Source of the DNA: Camelus dromedarius
Lineage: Eukaryota
DNA: 64,000 bases
NCBI RefSeq assembly: GCF_036321535.1
Contig: NC_087436.1
Location: 6,634,001-6,698,000, forward strand
Reading direction: 5' to 3'
Every line of letters starts with the position of its first letter. The stretch's first letter is position 1. Both the position numbers and the translations under genes were made by a program. Shown in pieces: positions 63,181-64,000 of this stretch. The notes beneath the pieces were generated by a model that was given only the letters and a program-made list of their open reading frames with translations, did no database searches and was not told the origin of the DNA.

Positions 63181-64000
63181 TTTTTTTACAAAACAGATTT
63201 TATTTTTTTAGAGCAGTTGTAGGTTCACTGCAAAATTAAGCAGAAAGAAGAGTTCCTCTCTCCTCCCTGCGCCAGGCTCCCAGCCTCCCCACTGTCCACA
63301 CCTCACGCCAGAGCTGGACACCCGTCACAAGGGCTGGCACCACAGCCGACACCGCATGTCGCTCCAACCTTGGCTGACGTTTGAGGGTCGCTCTTGGTGT
63401 TGCTCATTCTGTGGTTTGGACGAACGTGTAACAAAACCTACCCACCGACGTAGGGTCACACAGAGGCATTTCACTGCCCTAAAAGTCCTCCGTGCTCTGC
63501 CTGTTCTCACCCCCGACCCCGGCCACCACGCTGGTTTTGCCTCTTCTAGACTGTCATCGGGCTAGAACCACACAGGGTGCGGCCTTTTCAGGTGGCTTCT
63601 TCCACTTAGTGATCTGCAGTAAAGTTTCCTCCGTGAGTTTTCATGGCTTGATGGCTTCTTTCTTTCTTTTTTTTGTTGAAGTATAGTTGATTTACAATGT
63701 TGTGTTCGTTTCTGGTGTACAGCATAGTGATTCAAGTAGCTCATTTCTTTCTAGTGCCGAATAATGTTCCATTGTCTGGATGGAGCACAGTCTGCTTACC
63801 TGTCCGTCCACCGGAGGGCATCTTGGTGGCTTCCAGGTTTTGGCAGCCATGACTCGAGCTGCTGTAACTGTCCATGTGCAGGTTTTTGTATGTTCCTAAG
63901 TTTTGTTCCTTTGGGTGAATATCAAGGAGTGTGATTCCTAGGTTGTAAGGTAAGAGTTTGTTTAGTTTTATAAGAAGCTGCCCAGCTTCCAGAGTGGCTG
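63181..64000 (-). mobile_element. L1MC/L1MD-type 3' end with a nested short L1 tail (about 63657-63735)
   Basis: TTTTTAGAGCAGTTGTAGGTTCAC.GCAAAATT.AGCAGAA..TTTCACTGCCCTAAAA.TCCTC.GTGCTC..AATAATGTTCCATTGTCTGGATG. Confidence 0.85.

Larger units (their letters stand above)
25663..64000 (+). other. FNIP2: FNIP2 intron 1 (continues beyond the window)
   Basis: Begins with GTGAGG donor at 25663. No sequence encoding the expected exon 2 peptide (WSCSEFDLNEIRLIVYQDC-like) was seen downstream. Confidence 0.85.

Noticed and set aside
58180..64000. FNIP2 exon 2
   Set aside because: No WSCSEFDLNEIRLIVYQDC-like coding sequence found; it presumably lies beyond the window.
1..64000. CRISPR arrays, operons or other prokaryotic systems
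   Set aside because: The sequence is mammalian (SINE, LINE, MIR, CpG island, spliced gene) and no regularly spaced repeat-spacer array was seen.

Overview
Mammalian genomic DNA, most likely camelid: it carries many tRNA-derived SINEs resembling Vic-1 and camelid-type L1 3' UTRs. About 24 kb of repeat-rich intergenic sequence (L1, L2, MIR, MaLR, hAT-Charlie and a piggyBac/Looper-like remnant) precedes a CpG-island promoter. The island contains FNIP2 coding exon 1 (25556-25662, +). The rest of the window is FNIP2 intron 1, which holds an intact alternative first coding exon (57998-58173) in the same splice phase; exon 2 was not found. The most notable observations are: (1) a strong-Kozak uORF encoding MA-P10-QPPAAR, ending 58 nt before the FNIP2 start codon, a candidate eIF5A/polyproline stalling element; (2) two diverged copies of a composite SINE-spacer-SINE element in inverted orientation on either side of the promoter; (3) a poly(A)-tailed, TSD-flanked unknown fragment nested in a SINE; (4) several short L1 copies truncated at the same G-quadruplex-like tract; (5) apparent AT-to-GC drift across the locus. 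Gene and repeat family names are recognised from memory, not from database searches.
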